A stretch of 64,000 nucleotides of DNA. Source: Hemiscyllium ocellatum (Eukaryota). The DNA is taken from positions 15,161,873 to 15,225,872 of the forward strand of contig NC_083409.1 in the NCBI RefSeq assembly GCF_020745735.1. The letters are read 5' to 3'. The notes under the pieces were generated by a model that did not search any database, had not been told where the DNA came from, and worked only from the letters and a program-made list of their open reading frames with translations. How positions within the stretch are numbered: the stretch's first letter is position 1; each line of letters opens with the position of its first letter. Below, piece by piece: positions 1 to 13,002 of this stretch. The position numbers were made by a program, and so were the translations under genes.

Positions 1-326
1 TTAAATGGGAAAATTGTTCATGTCATTCCACTGTTTAAGAAAAGTGAGAGATTACAACGAAGGAATTATAGACCTGTTAGCACAACATCTGTTGCTAGAG
101 AATTACTACAGTGGTTAAGTAAGGTTAAGGCGACTGTAAACCTTGAAAATGTTCAGCTAATCAGAGACAGGCAGTACAGATTTGTCAATTATAGGTCATG
201 CCTGATGGAACTTGCCTGATTCTTTTTGAAGGGATTACTAAAGTAGTGGAGGAGGGAATTGAGCTTAAACATCTCAGTCCAAGGACATCACTGCAGGAGT
301 TCCTCAGGGTAGTGAGTCAGGATCAA

Positions 327-2930
327 CCACCAAGAAACTTTTCTGATTCGGTATGTGGATGTACCAAATAGAGAGGGTGATCTACGCTTGGGAAATAAGG
401 CAGGACAAGTGACTGAGGTGTCAGTGGGGGAGCACTTTGGGGCCAGCAATCATAATTCCATTAGTGTTAAAATAATGATGGAAAAGGATAGACCAGATCT
501 AAAAGTTGAAGTTTTAAATTGAAGGAAGGCTAACTTTGACAGTATTAGGCTAGAAAGGTAAAGGACAGTTGGGAAAGGGAAGCCAGAGACAGTGCATTCC
601 TGTTCGGGTGAAAGGTAAGGCTGAAAGGTGTAGGGAATGTTGGATAACTCAAGAAATTGAGGCTTTGGTTAAGAAAAAGTAGGAAGCTGGTATAGACAGC
701 AGAGATCGAGAGAATCCTTTCAAAAGTATAAGGCAATAGGAGTATATTTAAGAGGGAAATCAGGAGTGCGAAAAGGGGACATGAGATAGCTCTGTCAAAT
801 AGGATTGAGAAGAATCCAAAGAGTTTCTTTTATAAATACATTAAGGACAAAAGGATGAGAACTGGGGAGAGAATAGGGCCCCTCAAAGATCAGCAAGGCA
901 GCCTATGTGTAGAACCACAGGAGATGGGGGAGATAGTAAATGAGTACTTTGCATCAGTGTACTGTGGAGAAGGAAATGGAAGAATGTGGGGAAACAGATG
1001 GTGACATCTTGGAAAATGTTCATATTTCAGAGGAGGAAGTGCTGAAAGTCTCGAAATACATAAATGTGGATAAATCCTAAGGTCCTGATTAGGTGTACCC
1101 TAGAATTCTGTGGGAGGCTAGGCAAGTGATTGCTGGGCCCTTTGCTAAGATATTTGAATGATCGATAGTCACAGGTGAGGTACCAGAAGCCTGGAGGTTG
1201 GCTAATGTGATGCCCCTGTTTAAGAAAAGGGGTAAGGAAAAGCCATGGAACTATAGACTAGAGAGCCCAATGTCGGTGGTGGGCAAGTTATTGGAGGGAA
1301 TCCAGAGGGACAGGATTTACAAGCATTTGGAAAGGCAAGGACTGATTAGGGATAGTCTGTATGGTTTTGTCCATGGAAATCATGCCTCACGAACTTGATT
1401 GGGGTTTTTGAAGAAGTCACAAAGAAAATTGATGAGGACAAAACAGTGCAAGTGATCCAAATGGACTTCAGTAAGGTGTTCGACAAGGTTCCTCATGGGA
1501 GATTGGTTAGCAAGGTTAGATCTCACAGAATACAGGGAGAACTGGATATTTGGATATAGAACTGGCTCAAAGGTAGAAGACAGACACTGGTGGTGGAGGG
1601 TTGTTTTTCAGACTGGAGGCCTGTGACCAGTAGAGTGCCACAAGGATCGGTGCTGGGTCCACTACTTTTCATAATTTATATAAATGATTTGGATGTGAAC
1701 GTAAGAGATATAGTTAATAAGTTTGCAGATGACACCAAAATTGGAAGCATGGTGGACAGCGAAGAAGGTTACAACAGAGTACAATGGGATCTTGATCAGA
1801 TAGCCAATGGGCTGAGGAGTTGCAGATGGAGTTTAATTTAGATAAATGTGTGGTGCTGCATTTTGGAAAAGCAAATCAGAGCAAGACTTGTACACTTAAC
1901 GGTAAGGTCCTACAGAGAGCTGCTGAATAAAGAGGCCTTGGAGTGCAGGTTCATAGTTTCTTGAAAGTAGAGTTGCAGGTAGATAGGATAGTGAAGGAGG
2001 TGTTTGGTATACTTTCCTTTACTGGTCAGAGTATTGAGTACGGAGAGTTGGGAGGTCATGTTGCGGCTGTACAGGACATTGGTTAGACCACTTTTGGAAT
2101 ATTGCATACAATTCTGGTCTCCTTCCTATCAGAAGGATGTTGTGAAACTTGAAAGGGTTCAGAAAAGATTTACAAGGCTGTTGCCTGGGTTGAAAGATTT
2201 GAGCTACAGGGAGAGGCTGATTTGGCTGAGGCTGTTTTCCCTGGAGCGTCGGAGGCTGAGGGCTGACCTTATAGAGGTTTATAAAATTATAAGGGGCATG
2301 AATAGGGTGAATCGACAAAGTCTTTTCCCTGGGGTCAGGAAGTCCAGAATTAGAGGGCACAGGTTTAGGGTGAGAGGGGAAAGATATAAAATGGACTTAA
2401 GAGGCAACTTTTTCACGCAGAAGGTGGTGCATGTATGAAATAAGCTGCCAGAGAAAGTAATTAGATTAGATTACTTACAGTGTGGAAACAAGCCCTTCGG
2501 CCCAACAAGTCCACACCGACGCGCCCCCTCCCAGACCCATTTCCCTACATCTACCCCTGCACCTAACACTACGGGTAATTTAGCGTGGCCAATTCACTTA
2601 ACCTGCACATTTTTGGACTGTGGGAGGAAACCGGAGCACCCAGAGGAAACCCACGCAGACACGGGGAGAATGTGCAATCTCCACACAGTCAGTCGCCTAA
2701 GGCGGGAATTGAACCCGGGTCTCTGGTGCTGTGAGACAGCAGTGCTAACCACTGCTGGTACACCAGTGGTGGAAGCTGGTACAATTACAGCATTTAAAAG
2801 GCATCTGGACGGGTAAAAGAATAGGAAGGGTTTAGAGGGATATGGGCCAAGTGCTGGCAAATGGGACTAGATTAGGTTAGGATATCCTGCCAGCATGACA
2901 AGGTGGACTGAAGGGTCTCTATGATCTTCA
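327..2930 (+). mobile_element. CR1/HER1-like LINE, 5'-truncated and degenerate (endonuclease end, RT, 3' UTR), interrupted by a SINE; a further CR1 scrap occupies 1-310
   Basis: Broken frames give [26 protein letters not shown] (1590-1841) and RPLLEYCIQFWSP..LERVQKRFTR..LERRRLRADLIEVYKI (2004-2438), typical of CR1 ORF2. Confidence 0.92.
2460..2756 (-). mobile_element. HE1-like tRNA-derived SINE inserted in the CR1 3' region
   Basis: The reverse strand has a tRNA-like head (CAGTGGTTAGC; GGGTTCAATTCCC) and a (TCTAA)n tail. CR1 sequence resumes at ~2764. Confidence 0.9.
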
Positions 2931-4019
2931 CTGCTACATCTTCAATCACAAGGTTGACCACGCTGCAATAAATCACCCAGATACTCCAAATCCATGGCCT
3001 CACCATCCAGAACGCCAAGGGCAGCAGAGGTGGAAATGTATCAGTGTTCTTCTACTGTGGTGAGATACAGATCTTGTAACTCCATCTCCAACAGCAGTGT
3101 GTGTACCCATGCAATGTACACTCCATATACCCCATTCTCCAGGGCTATTAGGGACAGGCAGTAAATGGTACCCAGACACCACAAACATGCGAGGGGAAAC
3201 AGATTACGGGTTTTTACATGCCACATGACCTGAGGTAGGGTAAGGCAGGAGAGGAGAAATTAACTGCTGGGTGAACTGACTCAGCTGCTGGGAGATGGAC
3301 AACTCATGCAGCCTGTCTCTTATTGTGGCTGTGCTACCTATTTATTTCACCATTGAAGACAGTCCCCTCAGCTGTCGAGGCCCTAAGCTCTGAAACTGCC
3401 TTTCTGTCTCTTTTTCATCCTTCATGCTGCTCCTTAAAACCTATCCTTCAATAAAGCTTTGGGTCATCTTGTTTCGTAATGCCTTATATGGCCTGTGGTG
3501 ATTTTATTTTGTCCAATAACACTCCCACAAAGTGTCTAATCAAAACAGGATTGTCTGGAAGTATCCATGAAGTTTAGTCAGCATTTGTGGGGAAAGATAC
3601 AGATAACATTTCAGGGCTGATGTTCTTTCAAACTCAATTTACTTTTTCTGAAAAGGGAAATGCTGTTTGAAGCTTTTAATTTTGTTCTGATCAGGACAGA
3701 ATTGCAAGAATACCAAATCTCAAAGGATTATGTTGATTTTGTGGCAGGTCTAGGTCCTTGCGTTCTGGTTTTCTTTGTTTTGTTTTTGCATGTGCCTTCA
3801 CGTTTTATGATGTTGGACTGAGTCCCCTGTGAGATAATGCACCTTTCCAGAGGAAAGATTCCTCTGTGGGTCAGCCTGGTCCTTTGTGGGTGGACTTGAC
3901 CTTTGGAAAGACTGAACACCTGTGTGTGTGCTGGGAGGTGAGCATTTGCTGCTTCCTGGATTGGACCCTGGATTGGATGGGTCACTACTTCCTTGGGAAG
4001 AGCTCATTCATTCATCAGC

Positions 4020-4530
4020 GCTGCTGGAGGCGGGGCCAGTGACGTCACGCCACCCACCACGTGGTTATTGCTCACGTGATCACAGGGACCACCTCCTGCT
4101 GGTCTTACGCCTCAACGTGGCGCAAATGAATCGATTGGTCCTTATTCGGTAAAAAAAGTTGAACAGACTGAAGTAAAACCGCTTATTCAAGCTGTACTTA
4201 TATTTAAAATAGTAGTTTATAATAATTGGAGTGCGACCGATTCCGTTGCCTTGCACGAATTCCTCCTTTTCCCTCAGTGGGGGAGGGTATTCTCTGTGTC
4301 CGTGTATTGTTTGGGAGGTGGACCCGCCGATGCCGGCTCCGGGGTTGACCGGGACAGCGGGGGAATGACGTTTTAGAGAAAGCCGTGAGGTTACCCGCTG
4401 CGGTGTCATTGCGCAGGCGCGGTACGATAGGACGCGGTGTCATTGCGCAGGCGTGGGATTATCGGCTTGGGTCGTGCGCAGGCGCGCCTCTGACGGCCAA
4501 TGTGTCGTTGCGCAGGCGCAGCATGACCGG
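4020..4530. promoter_or_regulatory. CpG-rich housekeeping-type (possibly bidirectional) promoter
   Basis: GC box 4029-4036, CRE TGACGTCA 4040-4047, E-boxes CACGTG 4058 and 4073, ATTGG 4134, CCAAT 4497, and four NRF1-like TGCGCAGGCG sites at 4410, 4444, 4475, 4509. CpG density is high against an AT-rich background. Confidence 0.65.
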
Positions 4531-5034
4531 TCACGGTGCACGAGTCTTTGGATCGCGGGGAATTCAAATTGGAACGGCTCAGTGTCAGAGAGAACAGCCC
4601 AGTGAGGCTTGGAGCTCCTCTCAGAGTCAAATCTAACACCAAGACTGTCCAGACTGGCTTCACCTACTGTTGTAATGGAGACTGGATTCAAAGCAATTAC
4701 TTTAATCTACAGTTGGAGGAAATCCCTGCTCATCTGTGATTACGGAAAACAAAAATGTAGTGGATGTGTGTGTCCTGCTGGTGCAGCATTATTGTTCACA
4801 CCGAGTTACCTTTGAGTAGGTGGCAGTGGGCTGTCTTGAACCACTGCAGTGTGTGAGCTGTAGGTAGATCCGCAGTGCCCTTGGGTGGAGTTCCTGGATT
4901 TTGAACCAGTGATAGTGAAGGAGTGTCAGTATATTTCTAAGTTAGGATGGTGAGTGGCTTGAAGGGGAATTTGCAGGTAGTAGTTTTCCCATATATCTGA
5001 CTTTGTTCCTTTAGATGGAAGGTTTTATTTTTGA

Positions 5035-5152
5035 GTAAAAAGTGAGGTCTGCAGATGCTGGAGATCACAGCTGAAAATGTGTTGCTGGTCAAAGCACAGC
5101 AGGTCAGGCAGCATCTCAGGAATAGAGAATTCGACGTTTCGAGCATAAGCCC
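5035..5152 (-). mobile_element. Short Penelope terminal-repeat insertion with a truncated hammerhead
   Basis: Same sequence family as the end of the Penelope at 59270-60495; 12-bp TSD TTTTATTTTTGA at 5023-5034 and 5153-5164. Confidence 0.8.
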
Positions 5153-5489
5153 TTTTATTTTTGAAGCAGCTGTTCAATAACTGTCATAGTTGAGGAGAGA
5201 ATAAAGGTTAAATTCATTGGCTACAAACACATCCATAGAATTGGGACTAAATGAGACCAGCCCCTGAGCTGCCGGCTGGATACCAGAGGAGAGGTGTTTT
5301 CGGAGGATTGTGTGGTAGATGGAGCTGTGTGTAGATTGAGACGGAGAAAAATACAATTTACTTCGGTCATCGTGTTGGATATGACTTGGATAAGAGTCAT
5401 TTAAAAATTGTGGCAAATTACGAACTTGATTGTAAGGATTTACATGTAGAATTTGGGAAAGATGAGCACAGATTTGAGGCAACAACATG

Positions 5490-7175
5490 TTATATGAAAA
5501 TTAGCAGGCACTGATGTTAAAGTACAGATTTGAGATGGCCCAGGGAATCCCTTGTGACCTCAGACCTGTAAGCCTCTCTTGGTTTGTCCTGGCGATCGTA
5601 CTGAGTCTGGCATAGCCTGGAATAAAACCATCTTACAGACAGTTTAGTTTAATTTTAGTCTTCCCCTTTATTTACCAATAACATCACTGTTACAACATAA
5701 CACTGGTACTTATTAGCTAAACTAGTTAAGGTTCTAAACCTGAGGAGAGTAGTGACCAGCTCTCTCCTGTCACAAACAGGGTTCCTTGATACAAAATTTT
5801 ACAAAAACACTGCATTTGATTAGATTTAAACACTTCATTAGACAGACAACATTGGAAAGGCAATAATTCATAAGGAAGAGAAGTTAATTGACAGGTCTGT
5901 GTGCGCCTAATTGATCACTCCTACAGCCCGTAGTCATCCATCAGGTGGGAAAAACAGATTCAGCCGAGTCAGGCACCTGTTGGTGAGACAAGTCCTTACT
6001 ATAAGGAGGCACCAGTCAAAACTAAGTGGGAGAAGTCATAAGGTAACCTCGCATGTCAGGTCTCATGTTTCACAAAATGGCTTCTTAGCTAGGGAAGGCA
6101 AACTTTGAATGTTAAAAACTGGCTTCCTCATAGATTGTGTCAGAATCTCTTCAATGTTGGGTTAGAATAATTTTTAAACTAGGAGCAGACTCTTGCTTTT
6201 TATCTTAAGAAAACAATCATTCTGAACCTGAGGCTGAATTGTTTCTGTAAGGTTGTATTTCAAATGATTCATTTGTCTCGAATTAGACATATTTTTCTTT
6301 TCAGGGTTCTGATTCAAATTCAAAGAGGATATCAATCTGGCTTGTTAGAATTGACAGTGGGGCAGTCATGGTCTGTAAGAACAGTAAGTAAGTTAAAGCT
6401 TTGTCAGCATTACCTTTTACAGAATTTGCATTTTGTACGATGGTTTCTCAAAATAATCATAAAGTCCCAAAATACAATTAAGTTCAAAACAAGGGTTATA
6501 GAGATAACACCGGAATAGGATACTGATTGTGGATAATCAGCCATGGCCATAATAAATGGTGGTGCCAGCTCGAATGGCCGAATGGCCTACTCCTGCACCT
6601 GTTTTCCATATTGAATCCACAACAGGTAAGCGTGCATTCAAACCAAACCACAGTTAATTTTCTATTTGCTTTGGCAATCTCAGCGTTATAATGTTGTTGT
6701 TCTCTCATTCTCTCTCTCTAGTGTCTTTTTGAACACCCAGGTTAGGGACTGTAACAGAATAATGTTTTTCCCTTTCTGTCTACCGAGCCTGCAAGGGTAA
6801 TAAGAATCCAGTATAATTGCTATGACCTGACCATTAATTACAAGGCTTTTGACATGCTTGCAGGATGATACCAAGTCAGAGATCAGAATTAAACACTGTC
6901 ATTAATTTCACAAGTGAACACACGTGAATGTTATCACTCTGTGTCCTGTTTACACAGATTCATTCCTGTTAAGGCACATGTTCTTAATTACTTTGGAGCA
7001 TCCTGTTACCACTTGGTGAGAACAGGTGTTTTTATCTTCTGCACATCCTGGGTTCCCCCTTTTGTGGCCTGGTGCCTCCCTGGCTTTCCTGTTTATTTTC
7101 TACGGTGCAACAAATATGTTTTATAATTCAACATTAACATTTAGTCGAAATGTTTTAAGGCTATAAATTTTCTCA
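5490..7175 (-). mobile_element. ERV-1 3' LTR (left boundary uncertain; ~0.9 kb longer than the other LTR, with a CR1 3' scrap at ~6500-6620)
   Basis: Homologous to 13340-13984. Begins TGAGAA on the - strand directly after the polypurine tract AAAAGGAGGGAA (7176-7187). Confidence 0.8.
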
Positions 7176-7189
7176 TTCCCTCCTTTTGT

Positions 7190-8589
7190 CATTTCATGAC
7201 AACTACATAGCTCATTATACAAATATAATGAGTCCATTTAGTCTTTGTATTCTCAATAATTTGTGCTTCCTCTTGCGAGTCATTGTCCGGAGGATCAGAG
7301 CGGAAAGATACTGGATTTCAGTGGAGTCGTTCAGACGTGGAGCTACAGGGGTAGGCAAGGGTCGATTAACAAGATTGCTTTTCGCCTTAGCCAAAGAGGA
7401 ATGTATGGTCCATTCCATGCACAAGTGGACAACACTGTATATTCCTCGGATGAGACTGAGGACTATCAGTACGTTCCACGTGATCCATCCACACAGCGAC
7501 CAAAGCCAGCAAGTAACACTCCATCCATATGGATCGGACAATGGTTGGGCAGGTATCTTCCGTGCACCTTGACCCGTTTTGTTGATAACATCTATGTTGT
7601 CCAAAATGTCTTTAGAGAAATCATTGATGTAGATGCAACATTGCGGGCCAATAACAGAACAAGCACCTCCTCCTTTAGCAAGGAGGAAATGTAGCACTAG
7701 CCAATTCTGAAGTGTTACCATCCAGGTCTCCTGTACCTCTTTGTTCACCAGCTTCAAAGCGTGGGCAGTTGAGTTGGCAAGTTTTCTGATGTCATATGCA
7801 AGGTCAGTTGTCTGATCTCGGGCCTTCTCAACATCCCAGCCAGGAGTAAGGCCTCCCAGCAATTTGCATCACCAGGTTTATTGATGGAAAGTTGTGTAAG
7901 TCCTGTTTGTATTTCCTTATTTCCTCTACATTTTGTTCCATACTGCTTCACATGTTGGTAGGCGTTCATTCATCACCTACCTCAGGTACTTCATGGTGGA
8001 GGGTAACAAATGGTAAATTTTGTACTAGAGCACAACATTGGTACCAGTCATTGGGTAGATATGGGTAGCCTTTGTTTTCACATCGCCAATGAAGGCTAAA
8101 AGGAGTTCCAAAGGCGCACTTCTGTGAGTGAATGACGAGTCCACTCAGGGCGAGAGCTGACTCTTGTAAACAGCGGGTGCTATCAAACGTTTGGATGTCC
8201 AAGTGTATTAATGAATGAAGAGCAGGAGTATCACCAGTGTCTTTGATAACATTCTTACACAGTGCTGGCTTCACGTTCCCCATGTCGTGAGTGGCAGAAG
8301 TTCTTTCAACGCACCATTCTAGTGCACTTCACACAGCGACGTGCTTCTTCTACCGAATGGGTTTTGCCAGCATAAGTGAGGGGTTGCATAAGTGTGAGTG
8401 TCCTATTTGTACACTGGACATCAGAATGATGGAAGAGTGAGCAAATAACACACGGATCAAGGGTTTAGCTTGAATCAAGAAACCATTGGTAACAGATGGG
8501 AGATTGGGAGTACATAGTATTTTTGATCTTTCTTCAGCTTTCCAGCATGTCTTCTGAATTACAGTAGCTATTGAATACAGGAACTGCAT
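7190..8589 (-). pseudogene. env: ERV-1 env (gamma-type SU/TM), disrupted
   Basis: ORF 7215-7862 holds a heptad region, an ISD-like LQNWLVLHFLLAKGGG, the CX6CC motif CSVIGPQCC and a TM helix. Upstream parts lie in separate short frames. Confidence 0.85.
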
Positions 8590-8590
8590 A

Positions 8591-9327
8591 CAGAGGAACC
8601 TCGATTATCCAAGTAAGATGGGCCGGCACTCAATCATTCAGATAATTGATTGATTATTTGGTTAATTGATTTCCTCTGGGTCTGTGAAGTCTGATCCCCG
8701 ATCAGGAGACTCAGCAAAAGCACATTGCTTGCGAGAACCTGTCTGCCCCCAATCCCGCCACCCTCAACCCTGCCCACACCCCCACCCCAAACCCAAACCC
8801 ATCGTCTGTCCAATCCCAGCCCGCCCCCCTCACCCGGTCCCACCCCCATCTATCCCCACCTACCATCCGAACCCCCGACTGCGTGCTCACCCCCCCTCCC
8901 CCACCCCCCACTGTGGGGCAGCCGGACTGTACACCAATAGTAAGACTGCTGCTGCCTTTGTGGGATAAGTCTCCAAATAGCGCGCGCAACATTTTGACAG
9001 GTTCTGCCTCTGCCCTGTACAGGGCAACGTTGGAGTGATAATCTGGGGATGGGGGGTGGGGTTGGCATTCACCCAATGTGTAGAAGTCCAGGGAGATTGT
9101 TGGGGGAGGGAGAGAAAAGGCAGGAGGTCAGCCATTTGGAGATGGTGCCTGGACTGTTCAGGACTGTCCTCGGCAGCATTTCAGTGAGCTGAGTTTGCTT
9201 TTGCTCATTTGTACCTGTAAACAGAAGACGTGATCAGGATTGAAATTGCTCTTTGATGTAATGTTTCTATCGGGACCTTAAGATCACCTTCGGATAATCC
9301 GATATTTGGATTAACGAGGAACCTATG
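8591..9327. mobile_element. Tigger/pogo-like MITE inserted in ERV-1
   Basis: Imperfect TIRs CAGAGGAACCTCGATTATCC / (rc) CATAGGTTCCTCGTTAATCC, with TA on both sides. Confidence 0.7.
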
Positions 9328-9699
9328 TAAAGGTATTTCTGTCACTGGTGGTAGGTCAGATAGGAGAAGATGCCATTGAGAAGGCATAGGTTGTCTGTCT
9401 CATGGCGAAAGGTGCCTGAGGGTTTGGTGATTTTGGTATTATGTGCTCAATACTGCAATCTGTACGGTTCGTTTTGAGGGGAACAGACAAACATTTCAAA
9501 GTAACAGTTTTCGGTTGATGGAGTGGCTGAGGTTATGGAATTGTGCCATCTCATGATGGCTGGCTTGGAAGTGTTGCGAGGATAATGACAAGGTCGAGAG
9601 TGATATTTGGATACAAAATGTGAGCAGTTTAACTGAGTTTCAGCTGGGCAGCTGCATTCATAACTTCCAATGTATTAGTACAGGTTTCATATATACAGT

Positions 9700-11790
9700 A
9701 CCTTGGAGTTTTAGCCAGTCTAAGATATCATCGGTCGGTTACATCTGGACGTATGTACTTGGGTTGGGTTTTCGTCGGATACCTGTATCAGTGCTAACAC
9801 AGGACTGTGAGGGGGATACAAGCTTGCAATGTCCTTTGTTGACCCATGTTGAACATCCTTCTACCTTTACTGCAGTTTCAGTTGTCAGAAAAGCTTGATA
9901 AGGCCCAGTTTTTGATGATTAAAGTCTTTCAATCATACGTAGTCACCAGGGTTGATATTTTTAAACATTGGAGCTCGCTCTTCATCCTTCCCTGGTACTT
10001 GATAGGCTACTTTGACCAGTTGATGATATGACTGCAATGCTTTGGTCAACTTAATCAGGTACATGTGCATTTCTTCTGCCATGATATGCCCATCAACAGG
10101 GTGTTGGGGACTTAATGGTGCAGACCAGGGAGTCCTCAGGAGCTTTCCATATATCAGTTCAGCCGTTGAGAATCCCGTCTTTTTCTATGTCATGGTTTCC
10201 TCATATTAAACAGAGCTTTTGGGAATACTTGAAGCCAATTATGACCAGTTTCTTTCACCAACATGCTGAGCTGACCTTTTTAACTTACAATTGGCTCTTT
10301 CTACAATTCCCGCTGCTTGGAGATGGTTGGCACAATGGAATTTCTGACTTGTATTCAAACTCTTACATTGTGGGTTGGTTAGCTCCGCACAGAAGTGGGA
10401 GCCATTATCAGAAAAGACCGTTAATGGTATTCCAAATCTGGGTATGATTTCCCTTAACAGAATTTTACAAGTAGTTGTTGCTGTGCATTCAGTGCAGGGA
10501 TAAACTCCAATCCATTTATTAAATACATTGATTATCACTCAGCAATACTTATAACAATGGCATCTTGGTGACTGTCTAAAATTTCACTGGATCGTGTCAA
10601 AAGGTACACTTGGCAAGGGAATTTCACCTGGGGGACACTTCACTCCTTTCCTGAGATTAATGTTTTGACAAATTTGGCAATTTGAAGCTGTTTGTTTTGA
10701 TTTTTCTTGCAGGTGGGGATTCCACCAAGTTTGGAGAATTCTGTCCACCATTCCCTCCTTAATTCCATGTGCATGTGTTTGAACATGATCAACTAGGATA
10801 GGCAGAAGTGAATCGGGCAGACATGTCTATTCTACCAGCGTAACCCAAAGCTTATTGTAGCTATTTACATAACAACCATGGTTCATCCATTTTTGTTTTC
10901 ATTAATCAGTGGTGTCCCCCTGTTGGATCCAAAGTTCTTCTAGGTCAGGCATGGTCGGGGTGTGAGAAGAGGAAATAGGAGAGTCTCCCTTTGGTTTCTG
11001 ATTCGTCATTTGAGTAACCATGTCTTTTTGCTCAAAAGCTGTTTTCTCAGCAGCTGTGTCAGCGGCATTGGTGCTTTTAGTGACATCAGCAGCATCAGAG
11101 GAGTGAGCCGAACATTTGACAATTGCCGATTGAAAGGGAAGTTGATTAGCACTGAGGAGATTAGCAACATAGGCAGCATTGAGGCTCGGGGTTCCTGATG
11201 AGGTAAGGAAGCTGTGCTGCTGCCAAAGTTCCTCATGGGCACATCCAAAGGGAATCAGTATCGATATGAGGTGACTTTCCTTCAGCAGGTATGCAGGCAC
11301 GGGTGAGAGCAAGGAGTTCATCTTGCTGGGCGGGGCAGGGTGGATCGACGGAATAATCTTCTGTTGGATGGGACAAAGTGACAATCGTGTATCCTGCCAT
11401 GTGTTTGCCTTCTGGAGATAAAGAAGAAGAACCATCGAATGGAGCGTGGTTAATGTTACAGCAGTATTTAAAGGGGAGAAGTGGATTCTAAAGTAACTTA
11501 GATGAGCCACAGTTCGGTGTTGAGTATGTTTAGAAGTAAGTAAGGATACCACGGAATGCGAGATACAGACTTCTACATTTTGATGTAAAGTTATATTAGA
11601 GGCAGCCAATACCATAGGATGGATGGTGGGGAGAATCTGGGTGCAGGAAGGCATACCCTGCGCAGCAGGGTCAATCTCAGTGGAGTAATAGGCAGCAGGG
11701 CACCAAGAGGAGCCATGTTGCTGGGTAAGAACTGCTATAGCACAGGTGTCAAGGATGGAAAAGGGTTTTGTGCAATAAAAGGGCAAACCT
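9700..11790 (-). pseudogene. pol: ERV-1 pol remnant: RNase H/connection region and integrase; RT and protease appear deleted
   Basis: Integrase core IIPRFGIP..VFSDNGSHF..H.QAAGIVERAN (10239-10538); AVLTQQHGS..PAAYYS..DPAAQGMPSC (10902-11786). No YXDD-type RT motif was found. Confidence 0.85.
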
Positions 11791-12199
11791 GCTGAGGTCC
11801 CTGGGGAGGGTGACCAGGAGGTTGCCAGCTGCTTCCACTCCGGCGATCAACCGGGGGCTGCTTTGGGAAAGGGCAGTTCTTGGACCAATGTCCAGGTTGA
11901 TTACGGTTGAAACAAACGTGTGATTGTTGGGGGACACGAGGGGCTGGGGGAGGCAGTGAAGACTAGTGAGAGAATGTATAAGGGGTAAGGGGCATCATGG
12001 ACTGTTGGGGAGGATACAGAGGAGGACCCCAAGATCCATTGGGATGTTGTGAATCCACGGTATCAGTAAAATGCCCCAGGCCGTCTGTAAATACTAATTA
12101 GGAGTCAGGGTTGGAATTGCCAGCCTGTATGTTGGCCTAATCCTGCTCATCGGAATTTTAAATTGTATTAATTTGAATTCAACTTGCACTTCTGGTTGT

Positions 12200-13002
12200 T
12201 TTCAAGTCCAACTGAAATACTTCTCTTTGGAAAAACTAACAAGGTTTTGGTTCTTTCAGCAGGACGTCATTTCATTTCACCATCTCGTTAAAGTGCACGA
12301 GCTGGTTTTAAAAGCAGCAGTTAGATTTGATCAAAATCAGTGGCCTTAAGTCCATTTATCAGTGCAACTGTAGCACTCCTAACACACAGGGACAAATGAT
12401 TCATTGGGGAAGGGCATTGCCCTTGGCACGTTCATCCTCAGTGGGGAGGGGAGGTCTGGCGATGTTTTGTTTTATGCAGTGTGTTCGCCTTGGCCGTACT
12501 GTGAGTGTGTTTTGAGGGGAAACCCGGAGGAAGTCGGCTGACAGGACGGGAGGCGTAAAATATTTCCTCCTCTGTATCAGTGTCCTATTCCTCATCCACA
12601 GATGGATCAGGATTCTTTAGTCATGGGTCTTTGGGAGAGGTGGGGTATAAGGAACTGTCTTTGTCATCAGTCTGATCCTGCGCGGCTACAGCTGCAGTCT
12701 GTTGTTTATTCACCGGGTTTCCCTTTTCTTTGGGGCCCCTGACATTTCAGCGTAGGTTCTGAATTTTTACTTTGTTTTATTTTCTCCCTCGCCAATTCCA
12801 GTTCTGCTTCGAAATCATGTGCTTCACATTTGCATTTTAATTCTGTCCAATCTAGTTCAGATCCTTCCTCAGTTAATGGACTAATTCCCCTCGTAATACA
12901 GTTTTGTCTCCATGATGATTGCATGGCTTTTTCCCATTTTTCCCTATCTACCTTTTCCCACGCTGATATGGCTTCTTTCTGTTTACTTCCCTTTTTTCCC
13001 AA
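12200..13002 (-). pseudogene. gag: ERV-1 gag N-terminus (matrix), remainder degenerate or deleted
   Basis: MGKKGS myristoylation-type start at 13002, just downstream of the 5' LTR and leader. Confidence 0.6.

Noticed and set aside
3930-4020. TGATGA on the - strand as a C/D snoRNA box C
   Set aside because: No suitably placed CTGA box D or terminal stem was found
4400-4520. Spaced short repeats as a CRISPR-like array
   Set aside because: Eukaryotic context, only four degenerate ~10-20-bp cores, and better explained as transcription-factor sites
7215-8589. env as a domesticated syncytin-like gene
   Set aside because: SU is split over several frames, ISD residues are altered, and a MITE sits at its 5' end
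8634-9135. Pro-rich and Gly-rich ORFs
   Set aside because: They arise from low-complexity C/G runs inside a MITE
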